Below are positions 21,031-32,500 of a DNA stretch of 64,000 nucleotides, one piece after another. Source of the DNA: Bispira polyomma (Eukaryota); the NCBI GenBank assembly GCA_965649765.1, contig OZ287748.1:79484001-79548000 (forward strand), read 5' to 3'. The notes below the pieces were generated by a model. The model was not told the DNA's origin. It did not search any database and saw only the letters and a list, made by a program, of their open reading frames with translations. Position 1 is the first letter of the stretch, and every line of letters begins with the position of its first letter. Made by a program: the position numbers and the translations under genes.

Positions 21031-23526
21031 TTATATCCGGAACTCCTGTTCTGAACCTGAAGAGGCTGGATGAGTGATACTGCCACTGGTTCGCCGAGAT
21101 CTGTGCTGAGCGATACCGTTCTGATGATGATGTGCGAGTAGATTGTGAGGTGTATTCTGGCCTGAACTGCTACTGCCCAGACCCTTGGGGGTGACGATAG
21201 GGCTAAAGGATGGGCTTCTGTGCTGTAGAGGGGAGAGAGAGTTCTCAAACTCTGGGGATAGAGGAGTGGTTGTAAAAGAAGACTCGTAACTCATGGGGGA
21301 TTTAGGAAGACTTGCCATAGAGGTCAGTTGGCTGGTCCGCGCCGAGTTCACAGTTTGATTTGAATTGGACGAGCTTGAGTCTCTGCGTTCTCGCACTTGA
21401 TTGTTTATAACTGGCTTGTGCTGACTAGAAAACATGGGCCGGGCGCGGGGCGGGGCGTCTGTAATGATGGGTGGAGGAAATGCCATGGGCCGCATCTGCT
21501 GCTGGGACGTGTGAAAACCATTCGTATTCTGTGAAACAATTTTGGTGGGTACCTTCTTGGGTTTAATACTGTCGTCTTTAAGTCTTGCTATCTCGGTAAA
21601 CACATCAGCTAGGGGCTGATACTGAGGACCCCAGTCTAATAAGTAGTCCCAGTTATAGGAGCCGCTAAACTCCTCCTCACTGTTGATCACACTGGACAGG
21701 GAGCCAGCGGTGGACTGATCTTGCTCGTGGAAGTTGAACTGGTTGGAGGTTTCTATCACTGGGGCAGCCGTCTCCTCACCCCCTCCTCCTCCTCCTCCTC
21801 CCTCCTGATTATACCCGATGTCCAGCCCGTCACCTTCACCGCCACCCTCATCTGAAAACTGGTGCATGCTCTCCACACTAGCGTTTATATTCTTACCTTC
21901 TGTACCCCCTTTCAGTTTGCTTGCGTCGATACCGAGCCGTGCAAGATACTCTTGATGGTTCTGAGCGGAACGTTCTGATATTGCATCATCGTCTTGCTGA
22001 ATGCCCGAGTCTGGTAAGCGAAGTTCCTGGTGATCCAGCGGAGTGGCATTGATCATCCTGATCTCTTCATCCTCTGGGATATCTATGTCTGCTGATCCCC
22101 GCCCACTGGACATGGAGGTTGAATGTTCCGACATAGAAGATCCGACCATCTGGCCGGGCAGGTGGTGCGGATACATGTGAGCCGCATCGTTGTAAGACGG
22201 CGGTCCGTAGCCTTGAGGGGTGACATGGTCCATGCTGCTATTGAAGGAGCTTTCAAACTGTGCCGGATTGTCCCGTTTATGCTTCCACTTCTCTCTACCT
22301 CTGAGGAACATGACCACAATGGCTACAACTAAGATGGCTGCAATTAGTAAGAAGACTATGACCAGGATGAGTGGCGTGCCTGATAGACCTCCACCTTCTT
22401 GAGGGCTAGCATCTGTGGTGAAAGCACATCCTTCACAGGCACGATCTACTCTTAGGCTCACCACAGTGGTGTCCTGAATACTCTCTGGATACCCTACACT
22501 GGCCACGACAGTCAATACCACCTCATCCTCAGTCAATGCACGGCGCGATCGATTTCTGCTCGATCTTCTCTTGCGAGCAGAATTGTCGGAATTTTGCAAA
22601 TCTTTCTTCACAGATATGATACCGTACATACCGGTAGATGAAGCCCCAATAGCGAAGTACTTATTGGGAGTATCAAAACTAAACTGTACTACGCCGATAA
22701 GATCACTTAAACTGACATCAGATGAGGCACCAGTTATGTCAGCATTCTCCACATCAATAAAGCCCACTTCGTCTCCTTTCTTAGCATTACCCTTAACAGT
22801 GAACTGAAAGTCTGTGTCCACAAACCGGGGTATAAACAGTGGTTCCACTTTGACAACTGCTGGTACTTTGGTGAACCGGCCTCCCGCGTCACTTGCCTTG
22901 ACAAAGAACTGATACTGGGAAGCGTTTCTGTACTCCAACTGTCTAGTAGTGGTAACAAAGCCTGTCCTCGCATCCACCCCAAAAGCACCTTTAGCTTCCA
23001 AAAGCTCATATGTCACAACACCAAACATCCCAGAGTCATCGTCGTTAGCGTGAGCAGAGAACACATAGGTTCCAGCGCCTAGTTTCTCCCGCACTTTCTC
23101 CCAGTACATCATGACGGGGAACCTTGGTGCAAACTCGTTCACATCGGTCACATTGACAATGACTGTGGCAAAGGCCGACTGTTTTGGGTAGAGGATGCTT
23201 GAGTCCATGGCAATCACTGTGAGCCTGTGGCTCTGGTGAGTTTCGTGATCCAGACTGGTACGGAGTTTGATCCAGCCCGTGTCGGAATCAATTTCAAAGT
23301 TATTGTCATCGTTTCCCGAGGCTATCCTGTACTGTACTTTACCGTTGACATTGATGTCTGCATCTGTGGCAATTACTTGTACTATGTGTTCTCCTTTCAG
23401 GTTGTCCTCAGATATGGAGGTGGCGTATTCTTTGGCCTCAAACACTGGTGGGTTATCATTCACATCGGTTACTGTAATACTGACTATAGCCTGAGACTTC
23501 ATTGGGGGAATGCCGCGATCTGACGC
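21031..23526 (-). CDS. ds: dachsous terminal coding exon: last cadherin repeats, TM helix, cytoplasmic tail ending EQEFRI
   Basis: tcttccag acceptor at 23527; ORF track 21031..23616; Ds-specific tail motifs. Confidence 0.95.
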   Translation of the reverse strand, partial: ASDRGIPPMKSQAIVSITVTDVNDNPPVFEAKEYATSISEDNLKGEHIVQVIATDADINVNGKVQYRIASGNDDNNFEIDSDTGWIKLRTSLDHETHQSHRLTVIAMDSSILYPKQSAFATVIVNVTDVNEFAPRFPVMMYWEKVREKLGAGTYVFSAHANDDDSGMFGVVTYELLEAKGAFGVDARTGFVTTTRQLEYRNASQYQFFVKASDAGGRFTKVPAVVKVEPLFIPRFVDTDFQFTVKGNAKKGDEVGFIDVENADITGASSDVSLSDLIGVVQFSFDTPNKYFAIGASSTGMYGIISVKKDLQNSDNSARKRRSSRNRSRRALTEDEVVLTVVASVGYPESIQDTTVVSLRVDRACEGCAFTTDASPQEGGGLSGTPLILVIVFLLIAAILVVAIVVMFLRGREKWKHKRDNPAQFESSFNSSMDHVTPQGYGPPSYNDAAHMYPHHLPGQMVGSSMSEHSTSMSSGRGSADIDIPEDEEIRMINATPLDHQELRLPDSGIQQDDDAISERSAQNHQEYLARLGIDASKLKGGTEGKNINASVESMHQFSDEGGGEGDGLDIGYNQEGGGGGGGGEETAAPVIETSNQFNFHEQDQSTAGSLSSVINSEEEFSGSYNWDYLLDWGPQYQPLADVFTEIARLKDDSIKPKKVPTKIVSQNTNGFHTSQQQMRPMAFPPPIITDAPPRARPMFSSQHKPVINNQVRERRDSSSSNSNQTVNSARTSQLTSMASLPKSPMSYESSFTTTPLSPEFENSLSPLQHRSPSFSPIVTPKGLGSSSSGQNTPHNLLAHHHQNGIAQHRSRRTSGSITHPASSGSEQEFRI

Positions 23527-26500
23527 CTGGAAGACAATATAAAAAGATAGTTGTACAAAATACAAAATGTACATGTATTCACTCAGTAGAATGGTTATAC
23601 CTCCACTAGGCTTCACACTGCCCCAAAAGCGTAAGCCTGCAGAAATGTTTCTTACACTTTTGGGGCATAGCTATGCACTCCAAGAACATTCAATATGTTC
23701 GGCCTTGGCCAATGCCCTATCCGTCCCAAGTTTGGTCAAAATTGGTTCAGTAACTCTTGCCCTTTCCAGCAGGAATTTTTTTTCGACTTTTGGCCCAGCA
23801 ATGCATTGGCAGAGGTATGCACTCTACTATAATGTATTGGGTTTTTTCTTGGTCAATGCCCTAGGCCAAATTTTTTCAAAATTACTTCAGTAGTTTTTTT
23901 TTGTAATCCTATTAACAAACCGCCTCACAAACAGACAAATGTGAAAATGGAGGTAATAACTCAATTACAGCCCAATTACAAAGTATTAATGAATGGTCCT
24001 TGGTTGGGTTTCAACTGTTTCACAGTTTTTAAGACAAATTTTTAAAACTGTAAATCTTTTGAAATTTTTCTATGATATAATCTACTAATAATTGAAACAA
24101 GACACAAAAAGTCTACTCACTTTAATAGCAAGCGTGTACCGAGGTAGAGTTTCCCTGTCTAGACTGCCAATCAACACAAGGTCCCCAGTACTAGAGGAGA
24201 TCTGGAACATGCCGTGTTCATTCCCCGTCACAATACTGTACACCACTTTACTGTTGTCATGTGTGGTGTCTTCATCATGGGCGCGGGCCTGGACAACAGT
24301 GTAACCGGGATGTTCATCTTCACTGATCTCCTCACTGAAAAGATGTATAGAGAGAACTCATTAACAAAAGAGAGACTCTATCAGTAACAGTAAGGCCCCA
24401 GACAACAATGATTATTTTTACTGATTCCCTCACTAAATAGATATAAACAGAGTATTGATGTCTTACCTGGATATACTTTTGGTGAGCTGAGGGGCGTGGT
24501 TATTGATGTCTTACCTGTATGTACTTTTGGTGAACTGAGGGCTGTGGTTATTGATGTCTTACCTGTATGTACCTTTGGTGAACTGAGGGCTGTGGTTATT
24601 GATGTCTTACCTGTATGTACTTTTGGTGAGCTGAGGGACGTGGTTATTGATGTCTTACCTGTATGTACTTTCAGTGAACTGAGGGCTGTGGTTATTGATG
24701 TCTTACCTGTATGTACTTTTGGTGAACTGAGGGGCATGGTTATTGATGTCTTACCTGTATGTACTTTTGGTGAACTGAGGGGCGTGGTTATTGATGTCTT
24801 ACCTATATGTACTTTCAGTGAACTGAGGGCTGTGGTTATTGATGTCTTACCTGTATGTACTTTTGGTGAACTGAGGGGCATGGTTATTGATGTCTTACCT
24901 GTATGTACTTTTGGTGAATTGAGGGGTGTGGTTATTGATGTCTTACCTGTATGTACTTTTGGTGAACTGAGGGGCATGGTTATTGATGTCTTACCTGTAT
25001 GTATTTTTGGTGAACTGAGAGGTGTGGTTATTGATGTCTTACCTGTATGTACTTTTGGTGAACTGAGGGGTGTGGTTATTGATGTCTTACCTGTATGTAC
25101 TTTTGGTGAACTGAGGGGTGTGGTTATTAATATCTTACCTGTATGTACTTTTGGTGAACTGAGGGGGTGTGGTTATTGATGTCTTACCTGTATGTACTTT
25201 TGGTGAACTGAGGGGCGTGGTTATTGATGTCCACCACTTGTACCCTGACCACCTCTACTGCTGACAATGACGGTACTCCTCTGTCCCGGGCTGTCACCAC
25301 TAGGTCTATACTGGGGTTACTGGGGTTGTAACGCACTGTCTGGTTGGTGTAAATCACTCCTGGAAAAACAGGGTCGGTCAAAATCAAAGGCGTTAAACTT
25401 GAGTCACTCATCATTAATCACATGCTATTAAACACTTCTCGACAGAACTTTAAAATAAAACTCTCACAAAAGTATTACGTTACTATTTATATTTTAATGT
25501 TCCAAATATACAAAAATTAATGTAGACAGATAAAGTGAAAATAGCTCAGCATAAAATATTATCTCTAATAAATAAATACACATGTTATATCAATATCTGT
25601 AATCAGCAAAAACACAACCATATCAGTCGATATGCATATTGATAGAATAATTTCAACAACTATGTCTATTACCTGACCAAATAAGCAAGACAATAACTAT
25701 TTAAATCAGAAGTAAATATTGATATATTGGTGAAGCATTTATTTTTCAATAATCATTTAACATCTCTACCTGTCAGATCATCAATGTAGAAGCCTTGTGT
25801 AGATATCATACTGTAACGAACATCTGCATTCTCCCCATCATCAGCATCTGAAGCTGTTACCGTGGTAACCTCAACTTCTCCTGCAGTATCCTCATCTATT
25901 GATACCTAGCAATACAACAGGTATATCTTGGATCACACATTTATCGATATATGATGTCTTGCTTACACCAAAAAGAATGTTATAAATAAAAGTCCCAAAT
26001 CAAATTTATCACCCAACTGCAATATTCCAAGTGGCAAGTTAATAAACAACCTTGTGGACATGGCTGTGTGGACATCTTCAAGCTTTGCTCCTCAATTAGA
26101 AGAATGGCAGGTTAGTGGTGTGTGATAATCACTGCTTGTTTGCTGTACTTGGGCAGTCAAGAGAAGGTAAACTAGTGCTTTGAATAGTCTAAAGCCTCTA
26201 CCGTCCAAACTTTTATCACTCAAAGTTTTAATTTAGGAACTTCTGTTTTGTATTTATTCGCCTCTTCTATTTTATGGATTTCTATTATCTGAACAAAATC
26301 ATGCTCTCCTAACATGTTTTCGATAATGGAGGTTCTACTACACCAGACAATGGTAGATAAATGTACTGAATATAAATTTAAATACAAACACAAATAAAAT
26401 GGAGATAAGCTGATAAGATTGGCCAGTAAACACTGGTGGGTTTAAATTTTAAAAATTCAAAATATTTAAAATAATCCCAATGAACGTTATAGCTAATTGA

Positions 26501-29500
26501 AATCGAGAATAGCTGACATTAGAATTTTACCTGATAAGACTGCTGAGTAAACACAGGTGGGTTGTCGTTCTCATCAGTGACATTGAGGATGACCTCAGTA
26601 CTAACCGTGTGGTTCTTGTCAAACACCTGTACTTTCAGTTTATAAGCCTGTGTGACCTCGTAGTCCAGAGCCTTGGCCACAGAGATCTTACCACTGTATG
26701 GGTCAATACTGAACTGGTCATTGTAGTTACCACCCGGTGAGAAGTCATACTGTAACACTGGGTCCAGGTCCTCATCTGTGGCGGTTACTTGGAGGACAAA
26801 CGTACCGGGCTCTGTGCCTAGAGTGAACACAAGCAGTGTAGTATTGGCATCAACTTGTAACATAGACAGTGTAGTACTGGATTGACTTGTAGCATAAACA
26901 GTGTAGTACTGGCATATACTTGTAACATAGACAGTGTAGTACTGGATTGACTTGTAGTATAAACAGTGTAGTACTGGCATCAACTTGTAACATGGACAGT
27001 GTAGTACTGGCATTAACTTGTAACATGGACAGTGTAGTACTGGATTGACTTGTAACATGGATAGTGTAGTACTGGCATTAACTTGTAACATGGACAGTGT
27101 AGTACTGGCATTAACGTGTAACATAGACAGTGTAGTACTGGCATCAACTTGTAACATAGACAGTGTAGTACTGGATTAACTTGTAACATAAACAGTGTAG
27201 TACTGGATTGACTTGTAACATGGACAGTGTAGTACTGGCATTAACTTGTAACATGGACAGTGTAGTACTGGCATTAACTTGTAACATGGACAGTGTAGTA
27301 CTGGCATTAACTTGTAACATGGACAGTGTAGTACTGGCATTAACTTGTAACAGACAGTGTAGTACTGGCATTAACTTGTAACATAGACAGTGTAGTACTG
27401 GATTAACTTGTAACATAGACAGTGTAGTACTGGATTGACTTGTAACATGGACAGTGTAGTACTGGCATTAACTTGTAACATGGACAGTGTAGTACTGGCA
27501 TTAACTTGTAACATGGACAGTGTAGTACTGGCATTAACTTGTAACATGGACAGTGTAGTACTGGCATTAACTTGTAACATGGACAGTGTAGTACTGGCAT
27601 TAACTTGTAACATAGACAGTGTAGTACTGGATTGACTTGTAACATAAACAGTGTAGTACTGGATTGACTTGTAACATAGACAGTGTAGTACTGGATTGAC
27701 TTGTAACATAGACAGTGTAGTACTGGATTGACTTGTAACATAGACAGTGTAGTACTGGCACTAAGTTGTAACATAGACAGAGTGTTGTATTAGTATCTGT
27801 ACTCAATTTAGGCAAACAATACTGGCATTGTACTCAATGTACGTAAACAGTGCAGTACTGGCATTGTATTTAATGGAGGTAATCAGTGTAATACTATCAT
27901 GGACTTGTACCTAATGGAGGTAAAAAGTACTAGCATTGATTTATGACATAAACAATGAAGTACTAGCATAAATTTGTACTTCATTAAGTTGAATATTATC
28001 ATTAATGTTTAATAATTAAAAATTACATTGTAAGATAAAACAATGTCACTATAATAGAACAGGAATTATAAAATAAAATTCTAGGAAGATGAATTTTTTT
28101 TTTCAACTCAAATATACAGGCAACAGAAGTCAATATTAAAAGACATTTATTTACATTTATCTACACAAGTACAATATCTTCCTGAAAATGTAATCCACAA
28201 TCGTATTAATTAGTATTAATAGATTATATGTAAAACATATACAAGCCAGACGATTCCAAATAACAAGGCTATCAAATAGATAAGAAGTTATTTGATGATA
28301 AATAAAGTGCATGACTTACTTTCTTTTACTGGGACTGGATCATATATTTGGAAAAATGGTTCGTGATCATTGACATCAATGACTTGAATCTTTAACAAAC
28401 AGGTCCCAGTCATTGGAGGTATTCCTGAATCTATCGCTTCAATCTGTGCAACAAATATAACACAATAGTTGTGGATATGTGGTAAATATTGCAAAGAACA
28501 TGAGAATTAATTTGTTTTTTAGTGAAAGGACACACAAAATTTTATATTAACGGAAAGGAACAGCCGTAAAATTCAAATTAAAACGGCTTTAAAACTGATC
28601 TAAAAGTAAGAACATACACATGTGTTTTAATATTATCTGGCTTTATTTTAAGTATGCTCACACCTGAGGTGCTACTGTTTTAAAATATATCAAATCAGGC
28701 CAAAGTATCATACCTCCAGCTTCCATGAGCTGACAATCTCTCTGTCCAAGATGATATTGGTCTTAATGATGCTTGTATTGTTATGGAACACAAAAGCTGG
28801 TTTGGCCAGTCCAATGGTGGCCCCACTTTTAATACTGTAGGTAATTCTCCCGTTCAGTCCAGAGTCAAGGTCAGTGGCACTCACTTGAGTTACGTATGTG
28901 TTCTTGTTGTTACCTAAACAAAATAAAATTTGAATTTATTTGGGTTTTACGTCGCTTTTAACAGCATTGGTCATATTGCAAATTAGTGGTGGGGGAAACC
29001 ACCGAACTGGGGCAAGTACCTTACAAACTTTCTCACATGAAGATTCGATCCCTAGAGGTGAGAGGCCATTATATTGACAATCCCAAAGTAATGGTAAAAC
29101 TACAATTAGTTGTTAAAATAAACACGATAAATTTCTTTCATAAACAAAACGTTATACCACATTAGAGTTTGAACCTACATTTTTACGGTGAATACTTTCA
29201 CATTTAAGTTTATACTTTTTTTCTGCCCTTTAGTACTGTCACAAGATTTCAATAAATGTATTTCATCACCTCAGCCAAGGAAGAAATTGTTTGTTTTTTT
29301 TTGTTTTTTTTTTTTGGTTTGCTTATCACCTGGATTACACATAAAGTACTGAACCAATTTTATGAAATTTGGACCCAGGTAGGATTTTTATTTTACTTTG
29401 TGGCATCTTGGCAGGGATATGCACTCTACTGCTCGCTCTTCTAGTTAGAATTAGTTACTACAAACCTTCCCAGACTGCAGACACGTATCTATCCTGGCTG

Positions 29501-32500
29501 AACCTGGGTGCGTTGTCGTTGACATCTGTCAGATGTACCCACACAGTACAGTAAGCCTTGGCACTTCCAGCCTGTGCCATCACCGTCAACCGCAGCTCAC
29601 GTTTAGTCTCGTAATCCAGTTTATCTTTATCGTTTACAGTAATCAGCCCTGTGTTTTCATGGATGTTAAATTTCTCATCTTCATTGCCACTGGCGAAGCT
29701 GTATCTGACACTACTAGGGGAGGAGGAGACTGCTGTCACAGTAACCACTTCTAAACCAGGGGCTGAACCTTCTGCGATAGACTGGTTGTAATGTGGTCTA
29801 GAGAACTCTGGGGTATCCCCCGACACAGCATTCCCTACAGTGATCTCAACCACACCTGGAAACAAGAGGTTTTGTTGGGTTTGATGGTGCTTTTTAACAT
29901 ATTACAATTGTCAGATTTAATAGTGGAAGAAACCTAGTGCTGAAGCCACTGAGAAACATTGACGTACGGCAAGTATCTTACCAACTTTCCCACACATGAA
30001 AGAACAAACAGGATTCAAACCCACACTGGTGAGAGAGACCAGTGAGTATAAACACACGCTTCTAACCACTATGTCATAAGGTAGAGGGGAATATTCAGAA
30101 CTGTGTTACATTAATAATCACTGCACTACACACACATATAGTTTACCTACTAAAGTGTACTCAAATAATTTACTGTACAAATGTACTCTGCACCTTTGAT
30201 ACATTTATTATCAATTTATGTAATTTACTGCAGCATATCTAAGGCTGAGTTTCAAATTAGGTACATGTACTTTCCTTTTGCACTAAATTGAAATTTAATG
30301 GTGTTAAATGTATTAACTGCTTCATAACAAACAACTGTCATATTGCAAGTTTAACCTAAATTTTATATCTAACGAAAATAGAGGCCTTCCAAATATATTA
30401 CAGTAGAACCTTTAGTAGAACTTATATCATTATCCAAATATTCTAAATTATAAACTTACTTCTACTATCCAAAATTTATATTTTCCTACTGTATGCTAAC
30501 GATAATTGTTAATAGTTCCTATTTCTCTTCATGGGCTTAGTATAATGATCGTCTCTGCTATAATATCATACATTTTAATTTACATTCCCCAGACCTTAGA
30601 TTCACACTTCCCTGTAGTCATCCTGGGCTTAGTACAATGGTCCTCTGCTATAATATCATACATTTTCTTTCACATTCCCCAGACCCTAGATTTACACTAA
30701 CCTGTAGTCTTCCTGGGCTTATTACCATGGTCCTCTGCTATAATATCATACATTTTCATTCACATTCCCCACACCCTAGATTTACACTAACCTGTAGTTT
30801 TTCTAGGCTTAGTACCACGGTCCTCTGCTATAATATCAAACTGGTATTTCTTGGTTTGTAGTGATCCCTTGGTGCTGATCACCCCATCTGTGTCTCCGAT
30901 CTCAAAGAAATCGTTTGATTTAGCAAGTGAATACCTCACTTCAGCATTAACACCAGTGTCCTTGTCTGTGGCTAACACCTGGATTACACAAAGATTACAA
31001 TTATCTGAAGGCCCAAATCTTTCAGTACTTGCTGTAAATAAACACAGGCTAAGATGATCATAACTTAATATTCACAAACAACAAAGACATTGACATACTT
31101 AAACACCTTAAAACCATTTTCTTTCATGATATATATAATAGCATTTCCAGTTCTCTTAAAATCAATTAATTCAAATGTCAAATTTAAATCTATGTAGCAG
31201 ATATCTTTCCATATATATCCGAGTATAAGACCGTCACAAGAAGTTGGCCCTAAGGTTACGAAATCCATGAGCTATTGTCTAGCTTAGTATGATCTAATTC
31301 TTTAATGCATCCCACTCTGTATTCAGGTCAAACTTAAACCCCGTTATACACCACAGTGTATGTAGTGATTAACCCAAAAAACATTGTGAATGTAATGAAT
31401 TCAGTATACAAAATCTTTGTCCATTGTCTTTAGGTCTGGTCAATAATGTGTGACCAAGTTCATCCCACTAATTGGGCTGATAGTAGTACCCTTTTGTAAT
31501 AATGAGATAAGATGATAAATATAGTGACTCAGTCCATCATTACACTGAATACTAACCGTAAGTACACTTGTACCCTGCCCTGTATTCTGTGGAATTTCCT
31601 TGATGTATGGAATCTGTTCAAACACTGGACTGTTATCATTGACATCAGTGATCACAATTTCCACCTCTACTCTCTCAGATCTTGGCCCATATAACCCGCC
31701 GTCTGTGGCGTACACCTCAAAGTAGTAAGTAGCCACTTGCTCTCTGTCAAATAACCTGTAAACAACAATCTTATGTTAATACCATCTGTGGCGTATTCCT
31801 CAAAGTAGTAAGTAGCCACTTGATCTCTGTCAAATAACCTGTAAAGAACAATCTTGTGTTATGCTCTCGGCAAATAATCTATATTTTATACAATGGACAA
31901 CATTAACTTTTTCACATACTGGCCGGCCATCTGATATAGGATAAGCAAGCCAAAATTTGTGCTGTAATGAGCAAAAATTTCAGATATCTAAATCTTGTCC
32001 TTTTTTCAGATATCTAAATTGGCTAACATTAAAACATATATTCCAACCAAGATATACCATATCTTAATCTGGAAATGAAGAAAATTAACTAAACTTTTCT
32101 AAAACATGTACAACATTCCAATAAATGATCACGTTAACAGTACAAGTACAGTACAAGATCTATAAGATGGGTAACCTGATGCTAGCCAGTGTCTAACAAG
32201 AGAACTACTGACCCTGTTGTATTGATCACCCCAGTGGTATTGTCTATAGCAAACAGACCACCAGCATTGTCGTCGATGGAGTAGGCACTGAGAGAATTGA
32301 TTCCTTCGTCTTTATCTGTGGCCTCCATCTGTACTACAGTGGTCCCTGCAGGGTCGTCCTCAGACAGATAAAACTTGTACTCCATCTCCTTGAATACTGG
32401 GTCATTGTCATTGTCATCCAGGACCTGTTAATACAGACAATAGAATGTGTAAACTGTACAAAAAGAACCACTCAAACTTGCAGAGACAAGGATAAATATT

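Noticed and set aside
21779-21803. (GGA)n poly-glycine tract in the Ds cytoplasmic tail
   Set aside because: Ordinary short coding microsatellite in a disordered region.
24381-25179. 198-aa and 227-aa repetitive ORFs on both strands
   Set aside because: By-products of a 48-bp stop-free repeat unit; not independent genes.
24452-27780. CRISPR-like appearance of the regular arrays
   Set aside because: No unique spacers and no cas genes; the context is a eukaryotic intron.
26830-27815. MLQVNASTTLS repeat ORFs resembling the cadherin motif VLQVTAT, in frame with the next exon
   Set aside because: DNA similarity to the exon is weak, 32-bp units break the frame, and a phase-compatible acceptor at 26818 excludes the array.
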